The notes under the pieces are model-generated. The model saw only the letters and a program-made list of their open reading frames with translations. It ran no database searches and was not told where the DNA came from. Shown here one piece after another: positions 45,545 to 54,359 of a stretch of 64,000 bases of DNA. The stretch is from positions 26,510 to 90,509 of the forward strand of contig JAFSPP010000011.1 in NCBI GenBank assembly GCA_017451425.1, in the 5' to 3' direction. A program made the translations under genes and the position numbers. Position 1 is the stretch's first letter. Each line of letters begins with the position of its first letter. This DNA is from Clostridia bacterium. GTDB taxonomy: Bacteria > Bacillota > Clostridia > Oscillospirales > Acutalibacteraceae.

Positions 45545-46683
45545 TACTTGATGAGAAACGCCTGCTTATGAGAAAGCTCTGCCGCGAGTTCGCCGAGAAC
45601 GAATTCACAGATGAACTTCTCGACAGGCTTGAGGAGACGGGCGAATTCGACTGGGACATCTTTCATAAGATGGGACAGTACGGTTTCTGCGGAGTGAAGA
45701 TTCCGAAGGAATACGGCGGACAGGGCGGAGACTCGCTCGACTATGTCATCATGGTTGAGGAGTTCGCAAAAGTCTCACCCGTGCTTTCGCTCTACGCAAA
45801 CACTTCAAACTCACTCGGCGGCGGACCTCTTATGATCTGCGGCAATGAGGAACAGAAGGCAAAATACCTGGGCGATGTAGCCTCGGGTAAAAAGATAATG
45901 ATATTCTGTCTCACGGAGCCGGGGGCCGGTTCCGACGCGGGCGGCACAATAACAACCGCGAAAGAGGACGGGGACTACTTCATCTTGAATGGCCGCAAGA
46001 CCTTTGCGTCCGGCGCACCTATAGCTGACTATGCCTGCGTTCTTGCAAAGACGGATACGTCTCTCAGGGGCTCAAAAGGCATTTCCATGTTTATTGTTGA
46101 TATGAAGCTTCCGGGTGTTAACTGCGGCAAGCCGGAACACAAGATGGGCATTGTCGGTTACCCGACATCCGACGTCATCTTCGAGGACGTCAGGGTCCAT
46201 AAGGACGATATGGTCGGCAAGCGCGACAAGGGCTTTGGCGCCGCCATGGCGACCCTCGATGGCGGCCGTCTCGGTATAGCCGCCCAGTCTCTCGGTATAG
46301 CCGAGGGCGCATATGCCGAAGCGCTCAAGTATGCGAAAGAGCGCAAACAGTTCGGACAGCCGATTGCAAACTTCCAGGCAATCAGTTTCATGCTCGCTGA
46401 CATGGCGACCGAGATTGAGGCCGCGAGAGAGCTTATCTATTCAACTGCGATAAAGAAGGACGCGGGAGATCCGGAGGCATCAAAGCTCTGCGCTATGTCC
46501 AAACTCTTCGCATCAGAGATGTGTAACAGAGTGGCATACAAGGCCGTTCAGATTCACGGCGGCTACGGCTACATCAAAGAGTACAAAGTCGAGCGTTTCT
46601 ACAGAGACGCTCGTATAACCTCGCTTTACGAGGGCACATCGCAGATACAACAGCTCGTAATCGCAAATACGATTTTAAGATAG
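45541..46683 (+). CDS. Acyl-CoA dehydrogenase family enoyl-CoA reductase (Bcd/CarC-like)
   Basis: 380 aa. FCLTEPGAGSDAG, the GR KTFASG-type motif, QIHGGYGY and the catalytic Glu in LYEGTSQIQ. An ATGA overlap links it to the transferase gene. Confidence 0.9.
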   Translation: MILDEKRLLMRKLCREFAENEFTDELLDRLEETGEFDWDIFHKMGQYGFCGVKIPKEYGGQGGDSLDYVIMVEEFAKVSPVLSLYANTSNSLGGGPLMICGNEEQKAKYLGDVASGKKIMIFCLTEPGAGSDAGGTITTAKEDGDYFILNGRKTFASGAPIADYACVLAKTDTSLRGSKGISMFIVDMKLPGVNCGKPEHKMGIVGYPTSDVIFEDVRVHKDDMVGKRDKGFGAAMATLDGGRLGIAAQSLGIAEGAYAEALKYAKERKQFGQPIANFQAISFMLADMATEIEAARELIYSTAIKKDAGDPEASKLCAMSKLFASEMCNRVAYKAVQIHGGYGYIKEYKVERFYRDARITSLYEGTSQIQQLVIANTILR

Positions 46684-46693
46684 GAGGGCACAT

Positions 46694-47494
46694 ATGAAAT
46701 ACATAGTTTGCGTAAAACAGGTGCCCGACACTCAGGGCAAGGTTGCGGTAAAAGAGGATGGTACAATGGACCGTTCCAAGATGGCAGCCATTATAAATCC
46801 GGATGACCTCAATGCCGTTGAGGCAGCGCTTACGCTGAAGGACAGCAATCCCGATGCAAAGGTCGTCGTAGTCACAATGGGACCTCCGCCGGCTGCGGGT
46901 ATGCTCCATGAGCTCCTCGCCATGGGTGCTGATGAGGCCGTTCTGGTATCCGGCCGTGAATTCGGCGGCTCGGACACATTCGCCACATCACAGATTTTAG
47001 CCGGCGCCATATCGCATATCGGCATTGAAGCAGATGATGTCATCTTCTGCGGCCGCCAGGCGATAGACGGCGATACGGCGCAGGTAGGACCGCAGATTGC
47101 CGAGAAACTCGGCATACCGCAGATCTCCTACGCCGCCGACATTGAACAAAACGGCAATACGCTTAAAGTAAAAAGAGTCCTTGAGGACGGCTATATGACC
47201 ATAGAGGCTGACACACCCTGTCTTATAACCTGCATCAAGGAACTCAATAAACCGAGATATATGACGGTTTCCGGCATTCTGGAATTTGATAAGAAGCCGT
47301 ACTCTGTCTTTGACTATGAAACACTCAAGGATGAGCCCCTCATAGAAGCTGACACAATCGGTCTTAAGGGCTCACCGACAAACGTATACAAGTCATTCTC
47401 ACCGCCGCAGAAGGCTCCGGGCAGAATGATTGCCGCCAATGAGAGCGGCGTGAAAGAGCTGGCGCAGGAACTTGCCGCCAAGCATATCATATAA
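46694..47494 (+). CDS. etfB: Electron transfer flavoprotein beta subunit
   Basis: MKYIVCVKQVPD, INPDDLNAVEAAL, GRQAIDGDTAQVGPQIAEKLGIPQ. Confidence 0.9.
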   Translation: MKYIVCVKQVPDTQGKVAVKEDGTMDRSKMAAIINPDDLNAVEAALTLKDSNPDAKVVVVTMGPPPAAGMLHELLAMGADEAVLVSGREFGGSDTFATSQILAGAISHIGIEADDVIFCGRQAIDGDTAQVGPQIAEKLGIPQISYAADIEQNGNTLKVKRVLEDGYMTIEADTPCLITCIKELNKPRYMTVSGILEFDKKPYSVFDYETLKDEPLIEADTIGLKGSPTNVYKSFSPPQKAPGRMIAANESGVKELAQELAAKHII

Positions 47495-47507
47495 GGAGGA
47501 AAAAGAG

Positions 47508-48602
47508 ATGTATGACTGCACTGACATAAAGTCCTTCTCAGGCGTTATGGTCTTCTGTGAGGCCCGTGAAGGCAAAATCAATACCACATCCTTCGAACTC
47601 CTTTCTGAAGGAAGAAAACTTGCCGATGACCTCGGTACGGAACTTTCCGGACTGCTTATAGGCAAAGACGTGAAAGGCCTCGCCGGACAGATCGGCGGAT
47701 ACGGTGCCGACAAAGTATATGTTGTCGAGTCACCGCTTCTTGAAACTTATACCACTGACGCTTATACTAAAGTCATAAGCGATGTTGTTCACGAGAAAAA
47801 GCCCGAGATACTTCTCATAGGCGCCACGAACATAGGCCGTGATCTCGGCCCGCGCTGCGCCGCAAGGCTGCACACCGGCCTCACAGCCGATGCCACGCAC
47901 CTCGACATTGACACGGGCAAGTATCTGGACTTCCTTCGTGAATCCTCGACAATCGATGTCGATTCGATGAAATGGGATATGGAGGACAAGGGCCTTAAAA
48001 TGACCCGTCCCGCTTTCGGCGGTCACCTTATGGCGACAATTATCTGCCCGCGTTTCCGCCCGCAGATGTCAACCGTCAGACCCGGTGTTTTGAAATGCGC
48101 CGAGTTTGATCAGGCAAAGGCTGATTCCGTGGTCATCGAGGAACTGAAGACCGACCTTTCGGATGCCGACCTTAAGACACGTGTTCTTGAGGTTGTCAAA
48201 GAGACAAAGGAGATAGTCGATCTCCTCGGCGCCGAAGTCATAGTCTCAGTCGGACAGGGTATTGCAAAGGATCCCGAAAAAGGTATCGCTCTCGCATCGG
48301 AACTCGCCGAGGTACTCGGCGGAGGAGTCGTCGGCGCATCCCGCGCCGCAGTTGACGCCGGTTTCATCTCGGGCGACCATCAGGTCGGCCAGACGGGCAA
48401 GACCGTCAGGCCGCATATATAAGTCGCCCTCGGTATCTCCGGCGCCATCCAGCATAAGGCGGGCATGCAGGACTCCGAGTATATTATCGCCGTCAACAAT
48501 TCGGAGACGGCCCCGATATTTGAAGTCGCGGACTACGGTATCTGCGGAGACCTCTATACCGTTGTTCCCATGCTTATTAATGCGGTGAAAGAAGTGAAAT
48601 AG
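47508..48602 (+). pseudogene. etfA: Electron transfer flavoprotein alpha subunit interrupted by an in-frame TAA (48420-48422)
   Basis: RBS AGGAGG precedes ATG 47508. The frame reads ...[79 protein letters not shown] in a single reading frame. The stop sits where conserved EtfA has Tyr ([15 protein letters not shown]). The next gene's ATG abuts the downstream TAG. Confidence 0.8.
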
Positions 48603-50159
48603 ATGATTACACTCCGTAACATTACAATCGATCAGGCTCTCCGTGAGGCTGTCGAAAAGTACCCGGACAACAAGGCTATTGTCTACGGTGATGAATGCTA
48701 CACCTACCGGGAATTTGATGAAGCCGTCACAAGAATGGCATCCGGTCTTATCGACTGTGGTGCCAAAAAAGGCGACAGGGTAGGTGTCTGGTGCGATACA
48801 TCGCCCAAGGCCATTATTGCCATGTTCGCCTGTTTCAGGGCCGGCTTTGTGCTGACAATGTTCAACACCTCACTGCTTCATCAGGAGATGATGGAGCTTA
48901 TGAATGCGATCGATATCAAGCAGCTGATTATCGGTGAGGGTTACAAGAACGTGGATTTCATAAAGGAGTCCGAACTCTTTTATGACAATGTTCCCGCACT
49001 GCAGAATATTCTCTACATCGGCAACGACATGACGAGAAGAGAGTATAAGAATATTGCCAGGTACAGGGGTACGGCTGACAATCTTGTTTCGGAGTTTTCA
49101 GAGAAGGTCACTCCCGAAGATGAAGCCTGTATTCTCTTCACCAGCGGCACGACTCATACTGCAAAGCCTGTTGTGACAACCAATTACAGCAGGGTAAACA
49201 GCGCACTCTTGCAGGGAGAGGACATTAAAACCACCGAAAACGATGTTTTCTGTATTACGATGCCGATCTTCCACTGCTTCAGCCTTAATGTCAACATTAT
49301 GGCACCTCTTTTTAACGGCGCATGTATCTGTATCCCGAAATCAAGGCATACGGGTGACGTAATTGAAGCGGTAGTAAAGCATAAATGTACCGTCATGAGC
49401 TCTGTACCTTCTTTCTACCACGCCCTGATAGTGAAACAGGATCTTTCAAAATTCGATATATCAAGCCTCCGTGTAGGCTTTATAGGAGGCAGCGCCTGTC
49501 CTCCCGGACTTTTCAAAGAGATTGAGGAAGCCCTGGGCTTCACGCTTCTCTCGAGTTTCGGCCAGACTGAGGCCACTGCAGGCATAACCGTTGCGGGCCT
49601 CGATGATTCCCTTGAGGAACGCGCAACGACACTGGGTCATTTCATGGATTATATTCAGTACAAATTCACCGATGAAGGTGAGATATGCATCAAGGGATAC
49701 AACGTAATGAAGGGCTATTTCAACGATCCTGAGGCTACGGCAAGAGTTATCGACAGCGAGGGATGGCTTCATACCGGAGATACCGGTTATCTCAATGAGA
49801 ACGGAAATCTCGTCTATACCGGCAGGTGCAAGGAGATCATCATCCGCGGCGGCGAAAACATCAGCCCGATGGAGATTGAGAAGGTCATGGCCGATGACGG
49901 AAGAATTAGAGCCGTCAAGGCAATTGGCGTACCCGACAGCCACTATGGTGAGGAGGTTGCTCTCTGTGTTGTAAAGGAGGAGGGTGCTTCAATCACCGAA
50001 AATGATATCCGTGCCATCTACAGAATGAAACTCGCGGATTTCAAGAATCCCAAGTACATCTATTTCTTCAACGAGCTTCCCGAAAATGAATTCGGAAAGG
50101 TAAACATAGAGGAACTCAGAAAAGAAACGGCATATAAGCTCGGCGATTACCGCGAATAG
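48603..50159 (+). CDS. AMP-forming acyl-CoA ligase (ANL superfamily)
   Basis: FTSGTTHTAKPV, FGQTEAT, HTGDTGYLNENGNLVYTGRCKEIIIRGGENISPMEIE and a C-terminal GKV. Confidence 0.85.
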   Translation: MITLRNITIDQALREAVEKYPDNKAIVYGDECYTYREFDEAVTRMASGLIDCGAKKGDRVGVWCDTSPKAIIAMFACFRAGFVLTMFNTSLLHQEMMELMNAIDIKQLIIGEGYKNVDFIKESELFYDNVPALQNILYIGNDMTRREYKNIARYRGTADNLVSEFSEKVTPEDEACILFTSGTTHTAKPVVTTNYSRVNSALLQGEDIKTTENDVFCITMPIFHCFSLNVNIMAPLFNGACICIPKSRHTGDVIEAVVKHKCTVMSSVPSFYHALIVKQDLSKFDISSLRVGFIGGSACPPGLFKEIEEALGFTLLSSFGQTEATAGITVAGLDDSLEERATTLGHFMDYIQYKFTDEGEICIKGYNVMKGYFNDPEATARVIDSEGWLHTGDTGYLNENGNLVYTGRCKEIIIRGGENISPMEIEKVMADDGRIRAVKAIGVPDSHYGEEVALCVVKEEGASITENDIRAIYRMKLADFKNPKYIYFFNELPENEFGKVNIEELRKETAYKLGDYRE

Positions 50160-50187
50160 GCCGGAACTGACAGAGGAGATTGGTACC

Positions 50188-50952
50188 ATGGCAATTAAAA
50201 TCCGACCTTTTAAGATTAAAAGCAGCGGTGTCCGCCTGTGCGGATACAGCTTAGTGCCGAAAGACGCTGACGGGAAGCTTCCTGCTGTAATCGTAAGTCA
50301 CGGTTTCGGCAGCAATATGCTCATCTCATACTCATATGCCAGGGTCTTCGTTGATATGGGCTATGCGGCCTTCTGTTACGATTTCCCGAATTCGGGAAGT
50401 AGTATCTTCTCCGGAGGCTCAGGCACCCGGATGAGCGTCATAGACAACAAGGAAGACCTGAAGAATGTTCTTGAGTATGTCCGCTCACTTGATTTTGTTG
50501 ACACAGACCGCATAATACTTGCCGGCTGTTCACAGGGCGGAATGGTCACTGCGCTGACGGCACCCGAGGTTGAAGACAGGATTGAGAGAATCGTTCTTTA
50601 TTACCCCGCTCTCTGTATACCTGACGATGCCCGCGCGGGCAATGTAATCGGTACGAAGATAGATCCGGATAACATACCGGATACCTTCCGCGCAATCGTT
50701 TTCAAGGTCGGAAAGAAGTATCCGCTTGATTCGATGACGCTTGACCCTTACAGGGAAATCTGCGGTTTTAAGAAACCGGTATTCATAGTCCACGGCAAGG
50801 AAGATAAGATAGTGAACATCGATTATTCCAGACGGGCCGCGGAACTTTATCCGGACTGCAGGCTTGTTGAGGTGCACGGTGATCACGGATTCATTTTGCG
50901 GGGCGGACGTGCATCAAAAAAGGCAACGAGAAAGTATCTTTCGGAAATTTAA
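50188..50952 (+). CDS. Alpha/beta hydrolase, cinnamoyl/feruloyl-esterase-like (paralog of 43156-43923)
   Basis: Same length class and collinear with its paralog: KIRPF, LPAVIVSHGF, CYDFPNSGSS, AGCSQGGMVTALTAPEVEDRIERIVLYYPAL and FIVHGKEDKIVN. The DNA around the GCSQGG codons is near-identical to the paralog. Confidence 0.6.
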   Translation: MAIKIRPFKIKSSGVRLCGYSLVPKDADGKLPAVIVSHGFGSNMLISYSYARVFVDMGYAAFCYDFPNSGSSIFSGGSGTRMSVIDNKEDLKNVLEYVRSLDFVDTDRIILAGCSQGGMVTALTAPEVEDRIERIVLYYPALCIPDDARAGNVIGTKIDPDNIPDTFRAIVFKVGKKYPLDSMTLDPYREICGFKKPVFIVHGKEDKIVNIDYSRRAAELYPDCRLVEVHGDHGFILRGGRASKKATRKYLSEI

Positions 50953-50969
50953 GGGAGGAGAGAGCTTTT

Positions 50970-52205
50970 ATGAGCAAAATAAAACAGGAAAAAATCCGCC
51001 GGCTGACACTCGCCGGAGAGAACAAGCAGCCTGACTGCGTGCCCATTACCAGTCAGATAGAGACTTTTGCCTACGGCTATGCGGGTACGACAATAGCCGA
51101 GGTTAAAAAGAATCCGATAAAGGGTGTTCAGGCTTATAAAAAGTGCTACGAGGACTTCTATTTTGACGCTTTCTTCGAGCCCATTTTCGTCCATCCGTTT
51201 GCATTTTTCGACGGACTGGGTGCTGATTCATATTTTGCATCCGATGACGGTGTAACTGCTCAGCACAAGGAAATAGCTCCCATGGAGGGCACGGAAGAGG
51301 AGTACAAAGCACTTATCAAGGACCCGACAAAGTTCTTCCTCGATGTCATAAATCCGAGAAAGTTCCCGAACTTAAACGGTGCCGAATCCGGCCAGAGAAA
51401 AGCCGTTGTCGATGCAATGAAGGGCGCAGGAAGCTTTCTTGTAGGTATGGGCGGAGGCAATATGGCACTCCCGATACTTACCGACACCCCGGGTTTCATG
51501 GGCGGTTTTATAGAGATGCCGTATGACAATATCTTTGACTTCCTTCGCGGATTCAAAGGCTCATCCATTGATATGCGCCGTCATCCGGACCTCCTTGTTG
51601 AGGCGACAGAGGCTATCTTTGAGACATACACAACTGAGTGTGAGAAAATCTACTCATTCCTGAATGCTCTCTCATCGCCGCCGAGACTCGTAAAGAACGC
51701 ATACAATGTATTTGTTAAAGCGGGCGAGCCCGAGTGCTCCTCATTCCCGTGGTTCTTCAATCCCACACATGCGCCTTCTTTCATGAACCAGCAGCAGTAT
51801 GAGAAATTCTACTGGCCGACATATAAGAAAACCCTTGAACTCGTAACCAAGTGGGGCGGACGCACATGTACGCTTCTCGAGGGCGAGTGGGGTCCCGAAA
51901 AGCTTGAACTCTTCAAGGATCTCAAGAAGGATTCTGTAATCCTCTATGTCGAAAATGACGATATATGCGCCGCAAAGAAGCAGGTGGGCGACTACCAGGC
52001 CATAATGGGCGGTATGCCGATATCACTTCTCAAATCCGGCACGAAGAAAGAATGCCTCGATCATACAATGAAGGTCTACGATGAATGTGCTCCGGGCGGA
52101 GGATTCATTTTCACGACCGATAAATCGCTGCTCTCGACAGATGACTGCAATCCCGAAAACCTTAAGGCCGTAAATGCTTTTGCGCATGCATACGGCAGAT
52201 ATTAA
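50970..52205 (+). CDS. Uroporphyrinogen-decarboxylase-fold (URO-D/MtaA-like) family protein
   Basis: 411 aa. N-terminal ...AGENKQPDCVPI... and C-terminal GGGFIFTTDKSLLSTDDCNPENLKAVNAFAHAYGRY resemble URO-D-like methyltransferase/decarboxylase family ends. Assigned from memory of the family pattern. Confidence 0.45.
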   Translation: MSKIKQEKIRRLTLAGENKQPDCVPITSQIETFAYGYAGTTIAEVKKNPIKGVQAYKKCYEDFYFDAFFEPIFVHPFAFFDGLGADSYFASDDGVTAQHKEIAPMEGTEEEYKALIKDPTKFFLDVINPRKFPNLNGAESGQRKAVVDAMKGAGSFLVGMGGGNMALPILTDTPGFMGGFIEMPYDNIFDFLRGFKGSSIDMRRHPDLLVEATEAIFETYTTECEKIYSFLNALSSPPRLVKNAYNVFVKAGEPECSSFPWFFNPTHAPSFMNQQQYEKFYWPTYKKTLELVTKWGGRTCTLLEGEWGPEKLELFKDLKKDSVILYVENDDICAAKKQVGDYQAIMGGMPISLLKSGTKKECLDHTMKVYDECAPGGGFIFTTDKSLLSTDDCNPENLKAVNAFAHAYGRY

Positions 52206-52220
52206 GAGGAGGTATGAACG

Positions 52221-52391
52221 ATGGAGAGAAAATTTTCCGAAATAATCGCCGATCAACTTCAGGGTACCCTGAAAAAGTTTATACCTGTCTTCTGGATACC
52301 GGGAATAGGCAACAGACTTCTTGACAGACTGATGAATTCATATGCCATAAGCCTTCTCTGGAAAGGCTGGGTAATGCTGTCCCTCATGTGA
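52221..52391 (+). CDS. Hypothetical small protein (56 aa), not in the supplied ORF track
   Basis: ATG 52221 lies 8 nt after AAGAGGAGG. It reads MERKFSEIIADQLQGTLKKFIPVFWIPGIGNRLLDRLMNSYAISLLWKGWVMLSLM. The stop is 3 nt before the MFS start, consistent with translational coupling. Confidence 0.3.
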   Translation: MERKFSEIIADQLQGTLKKFIPVFWIPGIGNRLLDRLMNSYAISLLWKGWVMLSLM

Positions 52392-52394
52392 TAT

Positions 52395-53606
52395 ATGAAG
52401 AAGAGATACAGAGTACTCGTAAGCGACAGCTTTCAGCTGATATTCCTGGGCCTTGTCTATGCCTGGAGTATCTTCAAGAAACCGCTGGCTGCCGTTTACG
52501 GGTGGAATGATTCGCAGCTTACATGGACTTTTTCGATTTCGATGTTCATGTTCTGTATAGGCGGTTTCGCAGGTGCGCAGATATCAAAACGCGTACCTCA
52601 TATGGTTATAACATGGATATGTGCCGTACTGATGGGCGGCAGTTTTGTGCTTATGAGCACTATGACCGCTCTGTGGCAGATATATGTCCTCTACGGCGTC
52701 ATAATAGGCTTTTCAGTAGGCGCGGTATACAACTGTATACTTGCCACGGGAAACCGCTGGTTTCCCGACAAGGGCGGCCTTATTGCCGGACTGCTCCTCA
52801 TGTTCTTCGGAGCAGGAAGCCTTGTTTTAAGCCCGCTCTCAAGCTGGCTTATGGAGTCCTTCGGAATAAAACATGCCTTTATGATTATCGGCATTGTTTT
52901 CCTTCTCGTTTTCATCATGGGCGGCTTCTTTGTTGTCGCGCCGAATGAAAAGGAGAGCGAGGAGCTGAAATCGCTCCTCGCAAAGAAAGAGGCCGCGGCA
53001 AAAACTATGCCGCCCGATTTTGAGACAAAAGAGATGCTGAAAGCACCAAGCTTCTGGCTTTATATGCTCTGGTGCATTATGGTCTCCTCAATCGGCCTCG
53101 CACTGCTCGGCCAGATTGCCACAATCTCCGGCTTTGTCGGCCTGACAACCGCGAAGGCGGCCCTGATGGTCAGTCTTTTCGCTGTCTTCAACGGTCTCGG
53201 AAGACTGTTCTTCGGAGGCTTCTATGACAGACGCGGCAGACTTATCACAATGACAATCTTCGGCATATTCTTCATTCTCGGAGGAATAGCGCTTTTCATC
53301 GGTGTTACCCGCGGCGCGGCAGTGCCGGTTATTGTTTCCTTCGTCCTTTTCGGCCTTGCGTATGGCGGTGTCACACCCACCAACGCAAACTTTGCCCGAT
53401 CATACTTCGGAAATAAGAACTACGCCACCAATTTCAGCATCATTAACTTCAACCTGCTTGTTACGGTTTTTCTGGGTCAGTTTGTAGGTTCAACACTTTT
53501 TGTCAAAACAGGAAACTATACTGCGACTGCTATCGCAATATTGATCCTTTCAGTGATTTCTCTCATTCTCCAGTTTTTTATAAAACCGACCGCAAAACCG
53601 GAATAA
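52395..53606 (+). CDS. MFS transporter, oxalate/formate antiporter (OFA)-like family
   Basis: 403 aa with 12 predicted TM helices. The N-terminal LGLVYAWSIFKKPLAAVYGWNDSQLTWTFSISMF is typical of OFA-family MFS carboxylate transporters. Confidence 0.75.
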   Translation: MKKRYRVLVSDSFQLIFLGLVYAWSIFKKPLAAVYGWNDSQLTWTFSISMFMFCIGGFAGAQISKRVPHMVITWICAVLMGGSFVLMSTMTALWQIYVLYGVIIGFSVGAVYNCILATGNRWFPDKGGLIAGLLLMFFGAGSLVLSPLSSWLMESFGIKHAFMIIGIVFLLVFIMGGFFVVAPNEKESEELKSLLAKKEAAAKTMPPDFETKEMLKAPSFWLYMLWCIMVSSIGLALLGQIATISGFVGLTTAKAALMVSLFAVFNGLGRLFFGGFYDRRGRLITMTIFGIFFILGGIALFIGVTRGAAVPVIVSFVLFGLAYGGVTPTNANFARSYFGNKNYATNFSIINFNLLVTVFLGQFVGSTLFVKTGNYTATAIAILILSVISLILQFFIKPTAKPE

Positions 53607-53607
53607 G

Positions 53608-53636
53608 AAAAGGGCTCCCCGCGGAGCCCTTTTGTT
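53608..53636. terminator. Bidirectional terminator between the MFS gene (+) and the GtrA-like gene (-)
   Basis: AAAGGGCTCC (53609-53618) pairs with GGAGCCCTTT (53623-53632), with A-rich sequence on the 5' side and T-rich on the 3' side. Confidence 0.6.
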
Positions 53637-54238
53637 TATTCTGATGTATGTACCGGCTGTTTTTCCTTGAGCAGTACGAATTTCTCTATGGGGAAGAGGA
53701 CAAGCATCTGTACAAGGCCTGCGGCAAGTCCCGCAATGGTCCTCGCGAGTTTTACGAGCACGGGAATGCCTATGTTTGAGAGCCAGCCGAATACGGCGGC
53801 CTGAAGCCATGTGGAGAAGAGGATAAGGGCTACGAGAAGGAAAATATAGATGACAAAGCAGTAGGTCGGAGCGTCCGACTTGAATGTCGTCTTTTTATTC
53901 TGGATGTAGCCGTAGATGTTGGCTATGGCGTTTGAGAGGAAGAAGGGGAGAACATATCCCCATGTTACAACACCGGAAACAACGTATTTTGCGTATTCTG
54001 CAGCGCCTGATTCCTTGCTCACGTCAAAGAGGGAGTCCGGCACGAAAATATGCTGAAGGAAACCCGGGAGCGTCGCCGTTACATTGTCGAAAATGAGCGG
54101 CAGAAGATTTGCCAGAACGAGCTGGATTATCGTTACACCGAGTGAGACTACAAGGAATTTGACAATCTGCCAGAGAGTCTTTATGCCTCCGCCTTTGGCC
54201 TCGGCCTTTTCATCGATGTTTGTAATGAAATTTGCCAT
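53636..54238 (-). CDS. GtrA-like small polytopic membrane protein (candidate lipid-linked sugar translocase)
   Basis: 200 aa with 4 TM helices. Segments IVKFLVVSLGVTIIQLVLANLL, NAIANIYGYIQNKKTTFKS and LFPIEKFVLLK follow the GtrA family pattern. Confidence 0.45.
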   Translation of the reverse strand: MANFITNIDEKAEAKGGGIKTLWQIVKFLVVSLGVTIIQLVLANLLPLIFDNVTATLPGFLQHIFVPDSLFDVSKESGAAEYAKYVVSGVVTWGYVLPFFLSNAIANIYGYIQNKKTTFKSDAPTYCFVIYIFLLVALILFSTWLQAAVFGWLSNIGIPVLVKLARTIAGLAAGLVQMLVLFPIEKFVLLKEKQPVHTSE

Positions 54239-54291
54239 GGTATACCTCCGAGTAATATGTATGATTTCATTTTACTAAAATTCCGGTTGCC

Positions 54292-54320
54292 TTGCAACGA
54301 ATATTAAACTGTGATAAAAT
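54292..54320 (+). promoter_or_regulatory. Putative promoter
   Basis: TTGCAA (54292-54297), a 17-nt spacer, then TAAAAT (54315-54320) with TGa immediately upstream (extended -10). Confidence 0.4.
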
Positions 54321-54359
54321 ATCTGCGTTGTTTTTTCAGCATGGAATCGAGGTAGCAAA

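Noticed and set aside
47472-47507. An upstream start for etfA that overlaps the end of etfB.
   Set aside because: AGGAGG sits immediately before ATG 47508, and the upstream codons overlap the etfB 3' end without their own RBS.
48262-48588. A 108-aa ORF in another frame spanning the etfA stop. I first considered it as evidence for a frameshift in etfA.
   Set aside because: Codon-by-codon reading shows the conserved EtfA C-terminus continues in the same frame immediately after TAA 48420-48422. The lesion is therefore a nonsense codon, not a frameshift. The alternative-frame product is Arg/Ser/Pro-rich nonsense.
52214-52324. An alternative small ORF starting at ATG 52214 (MNDGEKIF..., 36 aa).
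   Set aside because: The ATG is only 1-2 nt from the RBS. The frame terminates early, without coupling to the MFS gene, so the 52221 frame is better supported.
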